A stretch of DNA of 32,000 nt, from the NCBI RefSeq assembly GCF_059718285.1, contig NZ_AP045833.1. One strand, written 5' to 3'. Below are positions 1-10,703 of this stretch, in pieces. Each line of letters starts with the position of its first letter. Position 1 is the stretch's first letter. The notes beneath the pieces are model-generated. The model had not been told where the DNA came from, ran no database searches, and saw nothing but the letters and a program-made list of their open reading frames with translations. The position numbers and the translations under genes are program-made.

Positions 1-353
1 CAGATACGGTTGTGGTTAAGGTTGTCGTTTTGTAGTTCCAGCAATAAACGGCCCTGATCGTCGGCAGAGATATTCAGCGTGGCGCTAATGTCAGAACCAC
101 GGCTGAAATGGATTAACCAACCATCCGGCGACTGGCTGACGATGGCGTCGGTAAGCGCAATTTTCTCCTGTAGTTTATCTTTAATGCTGAAATTGCCGCG
201 GAACATATCGATATCCGCAATACCTGAACCAATCCATAAACAAGGATTATCTTTGCTATGGGTTAAAATAAGACGCTGTTGAAAATGTAGGGTAAAACTG
301 TCGTTATTCTGATGAAACTGAAAATCTGGTAATTGTGGGCGTGGCGTATCCAT
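1..353 (-). CDS. yihQ: Sulfoquinovosidase YihQ (alpha-glucosidase family), N-terminal part only; gene continues beyond the window start
   Basis: Reverse-strand translation from ATG at 353: MDTPRPQLPDFQFHQNNDSFTLHFQQRLILTHSKDNPCLWIGSG..., recognised as the YihQ N-terminus; sits next to yihR/yihS. Confidence 0.9.
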   Translation of the reverse strand, partial: MDTPRPQLPDFQFHQNNDSFTLHFQQRLILTHSKDNPCLWIGSGIADIDMFRGNFSIKDKLQEKIALTDAIVSQSPDGWLIHFSRGSDISATLNISADDQGRLLLELQNDNLNHNRI

Positions 354-461
354 AAATAATCTCCATAGAGTATAAAGCTAATATTTCATGCCATCCTGTT
401 GTTACAGGTTTCATTAATTAAAGAATGTGGTGCTGGTATAAATTAAAACCCGCATAAGTGA

Positions 462-1337
462 TTATTTACTTTCTTCAGCCCGGCGGATTGCCGCCACTTT
501 TTTACCAAATGCCAGTTGCAGTATAACTAACAAGGTAAAAGGAGGCAGAAGCGCGGCAGCAGCGGGAATTCCCAGCGCGCCTTTTATCAACATAGAACCG
601 GAGGCAATCAGCAACAAAAAGACCATCACACGGAACACTTTGACTGAAATGCGTTTATGCACATATTGTCCAACCAGTGAACCGAGGATCATGGTGGGAA
701 TACAAAACAGCACCAGTTTAAAGATAGAAACAGTCAAAATTCCGCTGGTCGCCAGCCCGCCGATCACCGCGATGTTGTTTGCGGTGAAGAAAGCGTTCAG
801 AGTGCCACGAAATGCCGCCGGGCCTAAGTTACGCAGCATACCGTAGATAACCATCGGCGGTCCGTTGGTTGAAAACGCTGCCCCTAACGCTCCTGCCACA
901 GCGCCGATAGGTGCGGCGATCCAGTTGCGGTCATAAATCGGCAGGCGTGGAATAAACATACTGTAAAAGGAGTACAGGATAAGGAATCCGCCTAAGCCCA
1001 CTTTCATAAAATGGTCGGGTAAATATGACAGCGCATATAAACCGACGGGTATTCCCAGAAACGAGAAAATAATCAGTACCATTGCCGATCGCCAATCCGT
1101 TTCTTTACGTGACAGCCAGGTGGCGTACAAGGCGGTCGCGGTGCCGACAATCACCGAGAGCGGAGTTGCCATTTTTACGGGGAGCATTAACGTGACGAGC
1201 GGCATGGTGGTTAAACCACCGCCAAATCCCGCGCATATCCCCACAAAGGTATAAAGAAACATTAACGCGATAACGATACATACCACGTTTGTTTCCAGCA
1301 TGACCCCATCCGGTGAAAATAACGTAAAAAAGTCCAT
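462..1337 (-). CDS. TauE/SafE family sulfite/sulfonate (anion) exporter-like membrane protein
   Basis: 291-aa multi-TM hydrophobic ORF with N-terminal GICAGFGGGLTTMPL and central STNGPPMVIYG motifs typical of TauE/SafE; lies inside the sulfoquinovose gene cluster. Confidence 0.85.
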   Translation of the reverse strand: MDFFTLFSPDGVMLETNVVCIVIALMFLYTFVGICAGFGGGLTTMPLVTLMLPVKMATPLSVIVGTATALYATWLSRKETDWRSAMVLIIFSFLGIPVGLYALSYLPDHFMKVGLGGFLILYSFYSMFIPRLPIYDRNWIAAPIGAVAGALGAAFSTNGPPMVIYGMLRNLGPAAFRGTLNAFFTANNIAVIGGLATSGILTVSIFKLVLFCIPTMILGSLVGQYVHKRISVKVFRVMVFLLLIASGSMLIKGALGIPAAAALLPPFTLLVILQLAFGKKVAAIRRAEESK

Positions 1338-1397
1338 GATATTTCCTGTTGTGTAAATACAACCCTAAACAATGATCTCGTTCTTTTCTTAATAAAA

Positions 1398-2300
1398 TTA
1401 ATTGTGCTGCCCGTAAATATTAAAAAACAGGCGGTGCGTTTTCCCTGGTTCCAGTAATAATAAGTCGAGACCTGAATTAAAGGCGTTAGGTGGGCAACTC
1501 ATAGGTTCAACTGCCAGTCCCTGACGCTGTAATTTTTCGCCGCTATAAATCTGCACCCAGGGTTGATCGGAACAAAGGCTTACCGAAAGCGCCTGTTGTG
1601 GATGGGTAATGGTTATTTCCCACAGATCATTAGCGGTTTTAAAGGTGTGGTCGATTTTTGTCACGGCTATTTTTTTCGCCTGCGTGAAATTTAAATCCAG
1701 CTCATCAACGTGGTGAAGCGTTGTCGGATTAGCGTGCTCATCGACGGCATAAACCTGGTTTGCCGGAAGCTGGAACAGATATTCATCAACAGATGTTAAG
1801 TTGCAGGTTAAATAAGGATGAATACCCACACCATAGGGTGCGGTCACAGTACCAATATTCTGACTTGCGATCTCAACGGAAAGACCCGTGCGTGCATTGA
1901 GCGAATAAACAACCTGCGAAGCCAGCATAAACGGATAGCCGTAACTGGGTGGCAGAAAAGCTGTCAGGGTAACGCTGGTGGCGGTTAATTCGCTGATTTG
2001 CCAGTCACGCCAGGCGAGCAGCCCATGAATAGCGGCTTTTGAACCATGTTCATTAATGGGTAACTGATAATCCTGCCCCTGATAGCGGTAACAGCCGTTG
2101 GCGATCCGGTTCGGCCACGGAATAAGGACTTTGCCCAGATGTGCCAGCGGCATCTCTTCGGGTTTATGCGGAATAACTAAATGACAGCCCTGAAAGGTTA
2201 ATTCAGCCAGACCTGCACCGACGGTCACAATGGTCGCGTGATAATCCCCCGCGGCAAGTGAAACGGTCTGTCCACTGCAATGCATGTTGGTGATTTGCAT
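1398..2300 (-). CDS. yihR: Aldose 1-epimerase family protein YihR (probable sulfoquinovose mutarotase)
   Basis: 300-aa ORF recognised as YihR (MQITNMHCSGQTVSLAAGDYHATIV...). Confidence 0.93.
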   Translation of the reverse strand: MQITNMHCSGQTVSLAAGDYHATIVTVGAGLAELTFQGCHLVIPHKPEEMPLAHLGKVLIPWPNRIANGCYRYQGQDYQLPINEHGSKAAIHGLLAWRDWQISELTATSVTLTAFLPPSYGYPFMLASQVVYSLNARTGLSVEIASQNIGTVTAPYGVGIHPYLTCNLTSVDEYLFQLPANQVYAVDEHANPTTLHHVDELDLNFTQAKKIAVTKIDHTFKTANDLWEITITHPQQALSVSLCSDQPWVQIYSGEKLQRQGLAVEPMSCPPNAFNSGLDLLLLEPGKTHRLFFNIYGQHN

Positions 2301-2366
2301 ACGAGGTACCTTTATTGAATAACGACATACCCGGCGTGCAGCCTGATATGTCGTTTTTTTAGTCAG

Positions 2367-3608
2367 TTATTTCGCGTTAATATCCAGCAGACCCGCTGCA
2401 ACCGCCGGAGCCAGGCCTGGTGCTAACGGGATACGCGGGATCACCAGGCAATGCAGCAGGTGATAAATATCCTGTTTGCCGTCCCAGACTTTCGTGGTGA
2501 CTTTATTGTCCGCATCCAGCTCCTGCCACCAGGAACCATTTTCATAGTCCATCAGGTACTTAATGCAGTAGTCCCACCATGTCTGATACCAGGTTTCGTA
2601 CTGGCGATCGCCGGTGACGGTGTAGAGCGCGTAGGCCGTACCCATCGCTTCGACGATAGGCCAACGCACACGTTCGCGGACCACCGGTTTTCCTTCCCAG
2701 TCAACGGTATAAACAATCCCGTCCGCACCATCGGGTGCCCAGGCATCACGCACGGTGGCGTTAAACAGACCTTTGGCATCTTCTAGCAGCCATGCTGGCG
2801 GTTGTTCGCAACGGGCTTCCAGGGCCGCGTGGATATGCAGCATTAAACGGCCCCATTCGATCCAGTGGCCCGGAGTACCTCCGAATGCGCGGAAACGGTG
2901 AGCAGGGTTATCTTTGTTGTAATCCGGCAGCGGATTCCACTGGGTATCGAAGTGCTCGTTAACGCGATAATGATTATTTCTGGCGACGTCGTGGATAATC
3001 ACAGAAGCCACGCGAATCGCGCGATCCAGCCATTTTTTGTCATGCGTTACGTCATAAACAATCAGGAAGGCTTCCACCGCGTGCATATTGGCATTGCCGC
3101 CGCGGTACTCTTCGGTTTTGCTGAAGGCTTCGTCCCACGACTCCAGGCACATCTGCTCTTCTTCACTCCAGAAATATTTTTCAATAATTTCAATGGTGTA
3201 ATCGAGCAGCTTGCGTGCTTCCGGGTGACCGGTAGTGACGGCGCTGGCGGCACCCAGCAGAGCAAAGAAGTGTTGATAGCCTTGTTTGGAGGCATCCACC
3301 ACGCCCTCGTCATTCACACAGGCATACCAGCCGCCATATTTTTTATCGCGCAGTGCGCCGTTCATGGCTTTGATACCGTGATCAACCAGCGCGTAAGCGC
3401 CAGGGCGACCCATCGCCGCAGCAACGGAATAAACGTGCAACATACGAGCGGTGATCCACAGATGGGTGCCCATCTCTTCTTTGATTTGCCCTTTATTGCC
3501 TAACCAGCCAAATCCGGTCGGTACTACGGAATTTTTACCAAAATCAAAGATGCGATCGGTTTCCTGTTCCAGCCAACGGTTGTGACTTAAGGTGTTAAAC
3601 CATTTCAT
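2367..3608 (-). CDS. yihS: Sulfoquinovose isomerase YihS (AGE family)
   Basis: 413-aa [29 protein letters not shown]..., N-acylglucosamine 2-epimerase fold family; syntenic position. Confidence 0.95.
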   Translation of the reverse strand: MKWFNTLSHNRWLEQETDRIFDFGKNSVVPTGFGWLGNKGQIKEEMGTHLWITARMLHVYSVAAAMGRPGAYALVDHGIKAMNGALRDKKYGGWYACVNDEGVVDASKQGYQHFFALLGAASAVTTGHPEARKLLDYTIEIIEKYFWSEEEQMCLESWDEAFSKTEEYRGGNANMHAVEAFLIVYDVTHDKKWLDRAIRVASVIIHDVARNNHYRVNEHFDTQWNPLPDYNKDNPAHRFRAFGGTPGHWIEWGRLMLHIHAALEARCEQPPAWLLEDAKGLFNATVRDAWAPDGADGIVYTVDWEGKPVVRERVRWPIVEAMGTAYALYTVTGDRQYETWYQTWWDYCIKYLMDYENGSWWQELDADNKVTTKVWDGKQDIYHLLHCLVIPRIPLAPGLAPAVAAGLLDINAK

Positions 3609-3623
3609 TTTTGTATCCCCATC

Positions 3624-4502
3624 TTAGCGGCGTTTAGCCATCATTTCGTCGACGATATCGCCAAGTTGTTGTAATTTCGGTGCGCAAACGTCACGCAGCA
3701 TCAGCTCGTTGTCTGGTAAACCGACGATCGATGCCCAGACGGCACGACCAGCCAGGAAGCCCGATGCACCCGCTGTCATTGCCACGCGTACGGCACGCGG
3801 GAACAGTTTTTCGTCGACACCGGAAGAGAGGATCACCCACGGCATATTGATATGGTCATTCAGACGTTGTGAAGCACTGAGAAGCTCTTGTTGCGGACCT
3901 TTACCGTAAAGCGGCATTTCAACTTTGTAGAGGTCTGCGCCACTGTCGCCCAGCTCTTTGGCAGCATCGATGATCGCTTGTTCGCGATCGAATTTATCGC
4001 CACGACGTGGTGGGCGGACGACTGGCTCAATAATGCTTACCAGGCCGTGTGAGTGGCACAGTTCGTTAAACTCTTTCACCATATCCAGGCGTTGCTGCGC
4101 ATCTTCATCACTACGCCACAGCACCAGCAGTTTTAAGGCTTTGCCACCGTCTTGTTTGATCTGTAGCGGATTGATTTTGCGGTCAATGACCACGCTATCT
4201 ACCGGAATACCGTTGCCAGGAATGAACTCATCGGCGGCGACAATCATGGCGCAACTTTTGGCAATCGCGTTTTGCTCAACCACCTGGCGGTAACAGAATT
4301 GTTGATCTACCAGAATCGCCGAGGCATAAGGCGAGAGGGTCTTCGCCGCGTTAACTTTGAAATCAGTTAAAACGCTATCGGCTACCGGAGCGGGTGCCCC
4401 TGCCGCGGCAAACATCATACGCATGGCTTCGCGCTGATCGACCGCCAGCATGGCAAAACCGCCCGATGCGCGCGTAATGTCGTTGATGGTGTACTTATTC
4501 AT
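3624..4502 (-). CDS. yihT: 6-deoxy-6-sulfofructose-1-phosphate aldolase YihT
   Basis: 292-aa [34 protein letters not shown]..., LacD-like class I aldolase; syntenic. Confidence 0.95.
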   Translation of the reverse strand: MNKYTINDITRASGGFAMLAVDQREAMRMMFAAAGAPAPVADSVLTDFKVNAAKTLSPYASAILVDQQFCYRQVVEQNAIAKSCAMIVAADEFIPGNGIPVDSVVIDRKINPLQIKQDGGKALKLLVLWRSDEDAQQRLDMVKEFNELCHSHGLVSIIEPVVRPPRRGDKFDREQAIIDAAKELGDSGADLYKVEMPLYGKGPQQELLSASQRLNDHINMPWVILSSGVDEKLFPRAVRVAMTAGASGFLAGRAVWASIVGLPDNELMLRDVCAPKLQQLGDIVDEMMAKRR

Positions 4503-4525
4503 TCATTTATTCCTTTATCCAGTCG

Positions 4526-5422
4526 TTACATTTTTACTTTGGCAGTCATCCCGGCACTGACACGGACCTGTTCCAGAATGGCGGACCAGTCCTGGCGACC
4601 GCGACCCGCTGCGCGCGCCTGGCTATAAACCTCCCGTGAGGCGGCCCCCAGCGGCATTGGCACATGCAGCTGGTTGGCGACATCAAGGGCGATGCCAAGA
4701 TCCTTATGGGCAAGATCGATCATGAAGGCGGGAGAAAGATCCCCGCTGAGGACTTTATTCGGCCAGGAAGTGGTGAAGTGGCCTTTACCGGCGGCGGTGC
4801 CGCTCATCACCTTGACGGCAACATCGAAAGGAAGATTCAGGGCTTCGCACAAAACGGCAGCTTCTGCCGAAAGCGCATTGAGCGCGATACTCATATAGTT
4901 GTTGATGAGCTTAACGCGGATCCCCATGCCCGGACCGCCCGCGTTGATCAACTCACTGCCCATCGCCATCAGGATCGGCGTGGCACGTTCAACTTGTTCA
5001 GCGGTGCCGCCAGCCAGCAGTAACAGAGTACCGGTAATGGCATTTGCAGAAGTACGGCCTACCGGAACATCCATCATGCTGAAGCCTTTGGCTTGCATAT
5101 CGGCAATCAATTTATCGGTTTGCAGCGGATGGATGGTCGACATATCAATGACCAGCGCATCGGTAGATAAGCTTTCGCAAACGCCGTTTTCACCGAACAA
5201 CACGCTGCGCACCAGATCGCCATTCGGCAACATGGTAATGATAAATTCGGCATCTTTTGCGGCCTGCGCCGGATTGGCGGCGGGAGTCGCGCCTTTGTCT
5301 ACCAGATGCCGCACAGCCTCGGCATTCACATCAAAGACGCGAAGTTGGTGCCCTTGCTGCAATAAATTGCTCGCCATTGGCGAACCCATTTGTCCTAAAC
5401 CGATAAACGCGATTGCTGCCAT
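4526..5422 (-). CDS. yihU: 3-sulfolactaldehyde reductase YihU (beta-hydroxyacid dehydrogenase family)
   Basis: 298-aa ORF with N-terminal [11 protein letters not shown] Rossmann motif; syntenic. Confidence 0.95.
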   Translation of the reverse strand: MAAIAFIGLGQMGSPMASNLLQQGHQLRVFDVNAEAVRHLVDKGATPAANPAQAAKDAEFIITMLPNGDLVRSVLFGENGVCESLSTDALVIDMSTIHPLQTDKLIADMQAKGFSMMDVPVGRTSANAITGTLLLLAGGTAEQVERATPILMAMGSELINAGGPGMGIRVKLINNYMSIALNALSAEAAVLCEALNLPFDVAVKVMSGTAAGKGHFTTSWPNKVLSGDLSPAFMIDLAHKDLGIALDVANQLHVPMPLGAASREVYSQARAAGRGRQDWSAILEQVRVSAGMTAKVKM

Positions 5423-5444
5423 AACCTTCTCCTGAATACAGTGA

Positions 5445-5457
5445 TGTCACTTTTTGT
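5445..5457. promoter_or_regulatory. tgtcactttttgt motif upstream of yihU (candidate CsqR half-site)
   Basis: Same word recurs at 5526..5536 (truncated) and 6470..6482, each beside a promoter region of the sulfoquinovose genes. Confidence 0.5.
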
Positions 5458-5583
5458 CATTTATGACACGCTTTGATTGTCTGTTTTTGATCGTATTTGT
5501 AATTTATAGTCAAAAAATTGACAGCTGTCACTTTTTAAACAATTGGTGAAATTAAAATGAACGCATCCCAAAATGTTTAAGGA

Positions 5584-6486
5584 ATGACCATGATTCGTGT
5601 TGCTTGTGTAGGTATAACCGTGATGGATCGCATCTATTACGTGGAAGGGTTACCGACGGAGAGCGGTAAATACGTGGCGAGAAATTATACGGAAGTTGGT
5701 GGCGGGCCAGCGGCGACGGCAGCGGTTGCGGCAGCAAGGCTGGGGGCGCAGGTCGATTTTATTGGTCGCGTAGGTGATGACGACACGGGCAACAGCCTGC
5801 TGGCAGAGCTGGAATCCTGGGGCGTTAACACCCGTTACACTAAGCGGTATAACCAGGCGAAATCTTCGCAATCCGCCATCATGGTGGATGCCAAAGGCGA
5901 GCGGATAATCATTAACTACCCCAGCCCGGACCTGTTGCCTGACGCAGAGTGGTTGGAGGAAATTGATTTCTCTCAGTGGGATGTTGTGCTGGCAGATGTA
6001 CGCTGGCACGAGGGTGCTAAAAAAGCCTTCACCCTGGCCCGGCAGGCGGGCGTGATGACCGTTCTGGACGGGGACATTACGCCGCAGGATATCAGTGAGC
6101 TGGTGGCATTAAGCGATCACGCGGCCTTTTCAGAACCGGGTCTGGCGCGCTTAACGGGCGTGAAAGAGATGGCCAGTGCGCTAAAACAGGCACAAACGCT
6201 CACAAATGGTCATGTCTATGTGACCCAGGGCAGCGCAGGCTGCGACTGGCTGGAAAATGGCGGGCGTCAACATCAACCGGCCTTCAAAGTTGATGTGGTA
6301 GATACCACAGGTGCGGGTGATGTTTTTCACGGCGCATTGGCGGTGGCGCTGGCAACAGGTGGGGATTTAGCGGAGTCAGTCCGCTTCGCCAGCGGTGTAG
6401 CGGCGTTGAAATGCACGCGTCCCGGTGGACGAGCCGGGATCCCTGACTGTGATCAAACCCGATCTTTTTTGTCACTTTTTGTATAA
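5584..6486 (+). CDS. yihV: 6-deoxy-6-sulfofructose kinase YihV (PfkB family)
   Basis: ORF with PfkB C-terminal signature DTTGAGDVFHGALA; divergent from yihU. Start may be the second Met (MIRVACVG). Confidence 0.95.
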   Translation: MTMIRVACVGITVMDRIYYVEGLPTESGKYVARNYTEVGGGPAATAAVAAARLGAQVDFIGRVGDDDTGNSLLAELESWGVNTRYTKRYNQAKSSQSAIMVDAKGERIIINYPSPDLLPDAEWLEEIDFSQWDVVLADVRWHEGAKKAFTLARQAGVMTVLDGDITPQDISELVALSDHAAFSEPGLARLTGVKEMASALKQAQTLTNGHVYVTQGSAGCDWLENGGRQHQPAFKVDVVDTTGAGDVFHGALAVALATGGDLAESVRFASGVAALKCTRPGGRAGIPDCDQTRSFLSLFV

Positions 6487-6519
6487 AATGCCAGGGTGAT
6501 GGTTTTTCGAGGAATTTTC

Positions 6520-7305
6520 ATGAGCCTTACCGAACTAACCGGTAACCCGCGGCACGACCAACTCCTCATGCTGATCGCCGAGCGTGGGTATATGAATATT
6601 GATGAGCTGGCAAATCTGCTGGATGTCTCCACGCAGACGGTGCGCCGGGATATTCGTAAATTAAGCGAGCAAGGCCTGATTACGCGCCATCACGGTGGCG
6701 CGGGTCGGGCTTCCAGCGTCGTTAATACGGCGTTCGAGCAGCGTGAGGTTTCGCAAACCGAGGAAAAAAAAGCGATTGCCGAAGCGGTGGCAGACTATAT
6801 TCCTGATGGTTCAACAATATTTATCACCATTGGTACGACCGTTGAGCATGTTGCCCGGGCGTTACTTAACCATAATCATTTGCGGATAATCACCAACAGC
6901 CTGCGTGTGGCGCATATTCTTTACCACAACCCGCGCTTTGAAGTGATGGTGCCCGGCGGTACGTTGCGCTCTCATAATAGCGGGATCATTGGCCCTTCAG
7001 CGGCGTCCTTTGTGGCCGATTTTCGTGCTGATTATCTGGTAACAAGCGTAGGCGCAATCGAGAGCGATGGCGCGTTGATGGAGTTTGATGTTAACGAAGC
7101 TAACGTGGTGAAAACGATGATGGCGCACGCGAGAAATATCCTGCTGGTCGCCGATCACACTAAGTATCATGCTTCGGCGGCGGTTGAAATTGGTAACGTG
7201 GCACAGGTCACCGCGCTCTTTACCGACGAGCTGCCGCCCGCTGCGCTAAAATCACGCTTACAAGACAGCCAAATTGAAATCATTTTTCCCCAGGAAGACG
7301 CGTAG
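6520..7305 (+). CDS. csqR: DeoR-family transcriptional regulator CsqR (YihW)
   Basis: DeoR-type N-terminal HTH (HDQLLMLIAERGYMNIDELANLLDVSTQTVRRDIRKL). Start refined from ORF-track 6496 to ATG at 6520 (MSLTELTG), preceded by gagg. Confidence 0.93.
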   Translation: MSLTELTGNPRHDQLLMLIAERGYMNIDELANLLDVSTQTVRRDIRKLSEQGLITRHHGGAGRASSVVNTAFEQREVSQTEEKKAIAEAVADYIPDGSTIFITIGTTVEHVARALLNHNHLRIITNSLRVAHILYHNPRFEVMVPGGTLRSHNSGIIGPSAASFVADFRADYLVTSVGAIESDGALMEFDVNEANVVKTMMAHARNILLVADHTKYHASAAVEIGNVAQVTALFTDELPPAALKSRLQDSQIEIIFPQEDA

Positions 7306-7403
7306 ATTTTTGTGACCGTTGACCTGGCTTCATACCTTGCCACATAGCCAAACCCATCCTTTCCCGCTACAGTTAATTTCTTGTGGCGCGAAAGGAGGCA
7401 AAA

Positions 7404-8003
7404 ATGCTCTATATCTTTGATTTAGGTAATGTGATTGTCGATATCGACTTTAACCGTGTGCTGGGAGCCTGGAGCGATTTAACGCGTATTCCGCTGGCTA
7501 CGCTTAAGAAGAGTTTTCATATGGGGGAGGCGTTTCATCAGCATGAGCGTGGGGAAATTAGCGACGAAGCGTTCGCAGAGGCGCTGTGTCATGAGATGGC
7601 TCTACCGCTAAGCTACGAGCAGTTCTCTCACGGCTGGCAGGCGGTGTTTGTTGCGCTGCGCCCGGAAGTGATCGCCATCATGCATAAACTGCGTGAGCAG
7701 GGGCATCGCGTGGTGGTGCTTTCCAATACCAACCGCCTGCATACCACCTTCTGGCCGGAAGAATACCCGGAAATTCGTGATGCTGCTGACCATATCTATC
7801 TGTCGCAAGATCTGGGGATGCGCAAACCTGAAGCACGAATTTACCAGCATGTTTTGCAGGCGGAAGGTTTTTCACCCAGCGATACGGTCTTTTTCGACGA
7901 TAACGCCGATAATATAGAAGGAGCCAATCAGCTGGGCATTACCAGTATTCTGGTGAAAGATAAAACCACCATCCCGGACTATTTCGCGAAGGTGTTATGC
8001 TAA
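7404..8003 (+). CDS. yihX: Alpha-D-glucose-1-phosphate phosphatase YihX (HAD-like)
   Basis: HAD motif [12 protein letters not shown]; start refined to ATG 7404 preceded by aaaggagg, giving 199 aa. Confidence 0.93.
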
Positions 8004-8869
8004 AAACCATTCAGGACAAAGCCAGGCACCGTACCCGTCCACTATGGGCCTGGCTAAAACTACTCTGGCAACGCATTGATGAGGACAACATGACAACCCT
8101 GGCAGGTAACCTTGCCTATGTGTCGTTGCTCTCATTAGTGCCGCTGGTTGCCGTTGTTTTTGCGCTTTTCGCCGCTTTTCCCATGTTTTCCGACGTCAGC
8201 ATTCAGTTACGTCACTTTATTTTTGCCAACTTTCTGCCTGCTACTGGCGATGTTATTCAGCGGTATATCGAACAATTTGTTGCCAATTCCAACAAGATGA
8301 CCGCCGTTGGGGCGTGCGGGCTGATCGTCACCGCGTTATTGTTGATGTACTCCATCGATAGCGCGTTGAATACCATCTGGCGCAGTAAACGAGCGCGACC
8401 AAAAATTTACTCGTTCGCCGTGTACTGGATGATTTTAACGCTGGGGCCGCTGCTGGCAGGGGCCAGTCTGGCGATCAGTTCCTATTTGCTCTCCCTGCGC
8501 TGGGCGAGCGATCTCAATACTGTCATCGACAACGTGCTGCGTATTTTTCCGTTGCTGTTGTCGTGGATCTCCTTCTGGTTGCTGTACAGCATTGTTCCTA
8601 CCATCCGCGTACCTAACCGCGACGCGATTGTCGGCGCGTTTGTCGCCGCACTCCTGTTCGAAGCAGGAAAGAAAGGTTTCGCGCTTTATATCACCATGTT
8701 CCCGTCATATCAGCTCATTTACGGTGTGCTGGCGGTGATCCCCATTCTCTTTGTTTGGGTCTACTGGACATGGTGTATCGTCTTGCTTGGCGCGGAAATT
8801 ACTGTCACTCTCGGGGAATACCGCAAACTAAAACAAGCAGCTGAACAAGAAGAAGACGACGAACCATGA
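7997..8869 (+). CDS. yihY: YihY/UPF0761 family inner membrane protein
   Basis: 290-aa ORF, multi-[30 protein letters not shown] typical of the YihY/BrkB family; overlaps the yihX end. Confidence 0.93.
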
Positions 8870-9303
8870 TTGCATTAATTCAACGCGTAACCCGTGCCAG
8901 CGTCACCGTGGAGGGAGAAGTGACGGGCGAAATTGGCGCGGGACTTTTGGTGTTATTGGGTGTCGAAAAGGATGACGACGAACAGAAAGCAAACCGTCTG
9001 TGCGAGCGTGTGCTCGGCTACCGCATCTTTAGCGATGCCGAAGGCAAGATGAATCTCAACGTGCAACAGGCGGGCGGCAGTGTGCTGGTGGTTTCCCAGT
9101 TTACCCTCGCCGCAGATACCGAACGGGGGATGCGCCCAAGTTTCTCCAAAGGTGCATCACCGGATCGCGCAGAGGCGTTATATGACTATTTCGTCGAACG
9201 CTGCCGTCAGCAAGAGATGAACACGCAAACAGGACGCTTCGCTGCGGATATGCAGGTATCGCTGGTCAATGATGGCCCCGTGACATTCTGGTTGCAGGTA
9301 TGA
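8866..9303 (+). CDS. dtd: D-aminoacyl-tRNA deacylase
   Basis: 145-aa [38 protein letters not shown]; 4-nt overlap with yihY. Confidence 0.96.
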
Positions 9304-10289
9304 GCCAGCTTCCAGGGTTGTCACGGGAAACAAGAGAGAGTATCGCTATGTATCACCTTCGGGTTCCACAAACAGAAGAAGAATTAGAGCGTTACTATCA
9401 GTTTCGCTGGGAAATGTTGCGTAAGCCCCTGCATCAACCAAAAGGTTCGGAACGCGACGCGTGGGATGCGATGGCGCATCACCAGATGGTCGTCGACGAG
9501 CAGGGTAATCTGGTGGCGGTAGGCCGACTGTATATTAATGCCGACAATGAAGCGTCCATTCGCTTTATGGCCGTTCATCCCGACGTGCAGGACAAAGGGT
9601 TAGGCACGCTGATGGCGATGACCCTGGAGTCGGTGGCGCGTCAGGAAGGCGTTAAGCGCGTGACCTGTAGCGCCCGTGAAGACGCGGTGGAGTTTTTCGC
9701 CAAGCTGGGGTTTGTTAATCAGGGAGAAATCACCACGCCAACCACCACGCCGATTCGCCATTTTTTGATGATTAAGCCCGTCGCCACTCTGGATGACATT
9801 CTGCATCGCGGCGACTGGTGCGCGCAGCTGCAACAGGCGTGGTACGAACATATCCCGCTTAGTGAAAAAATGGGCGTGCGCATTCAGCAATATACCGGGC
9901 AAAAATTTATCACTACCATGCCAGAAACCGGCAATCAGAATCCGCACCATACGCTGTTTGCCGGGAGTTTATTCTCACTGGCGACGCTCACCGGTTGGGG
10001 ACTTATCTGGCTGATGCTGCGTGAACGCCACCTCGGCGGAACGATTATTCTTGCGGATGCGCATATCCGCTACAGCAAGCCGATTAGCGGTAAACCTCAT
10101 GCGGTAGCCGACCTCGGTGCCTTAAGCGGCGATCTCGACCGTCTGGCGCGCGGACGAAAAGCACGGGTGCAGATGCAAGTTGAAATCTTTGGCGACGAGA
10201 CGCCGGGTGCAGTGTTTGAAGGCACGTATATCGTTCTGCCCGCGAAGCCATTTGGCCCGTATGAAGAGGGCGGGAACGAAGAAGAGTAG
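9300..10289 (+). CDS. fabY: YiiD/FabY, N-terminal GNAT plus C-terminal thioesterase/hotdog domain
   Basis: 329-aa ORF; GNAT-like N-terminus ([18 protein letters not shown]) and YiiD C-terminal domain; overlaps dtd. Confidence 0.92.
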
Positions 10290-10703
10290 CTTATGGAGAG
10301 GGGCGGTGCTGCCTCTCTCATTCATTCCGGTCATTTACATCAGTCCCTGTCTATGCCGGTAATATTGAATAAGAACTCTATAAATTTTTATTCTTCGTTG
10401 GCACCATACGTGTCTTGCTACATCACTGTTCAGGAGCATTTAAATATTATTTGTAGAGCTGAGTGGCAATTATTGCAGATAATGCTTAACTCATCATCTT
10501 AGTTCAGGTTTGAGCGATTTTTGATAGTCAAAACCCCCTCTGGTGCCATACTTTTTTCATAAATATTTTTAAAATCTATAGCTCACAAACATTATGCAAA
10601 GATAATGGGCTGGCATCATTGTCAGTATCATTCATTTACTGCCCTGTATGTTATGAATCATTATGTTGTATGTTTGCTCTTAAACCGTGGGAAGGAGGCT
10701 ATA

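Noticed and set aside
2865-3503. 212-aa + strand ORF opposite yihS (and 2451..2786)
   Set aside because: Antisense shadow of yihS with no credible domain or independent support.
10605-10703. Upstream extension MGWHHCQYHSFTALYVMNHYVV... of the SopB-like ORF
   Set aside because: No SD before 10605, whereas ATG 10704 has a strong aaggagg; the extension is probably untranslated leader.
10290-10703. Search for a tRNA, integrase or attachment site explaining the SopB-like insertion
   Set aside because: No tRNA-like fold, recombinase ORF or obvious IS ends could be recognised by eye; the mobility mechanism is unknown.
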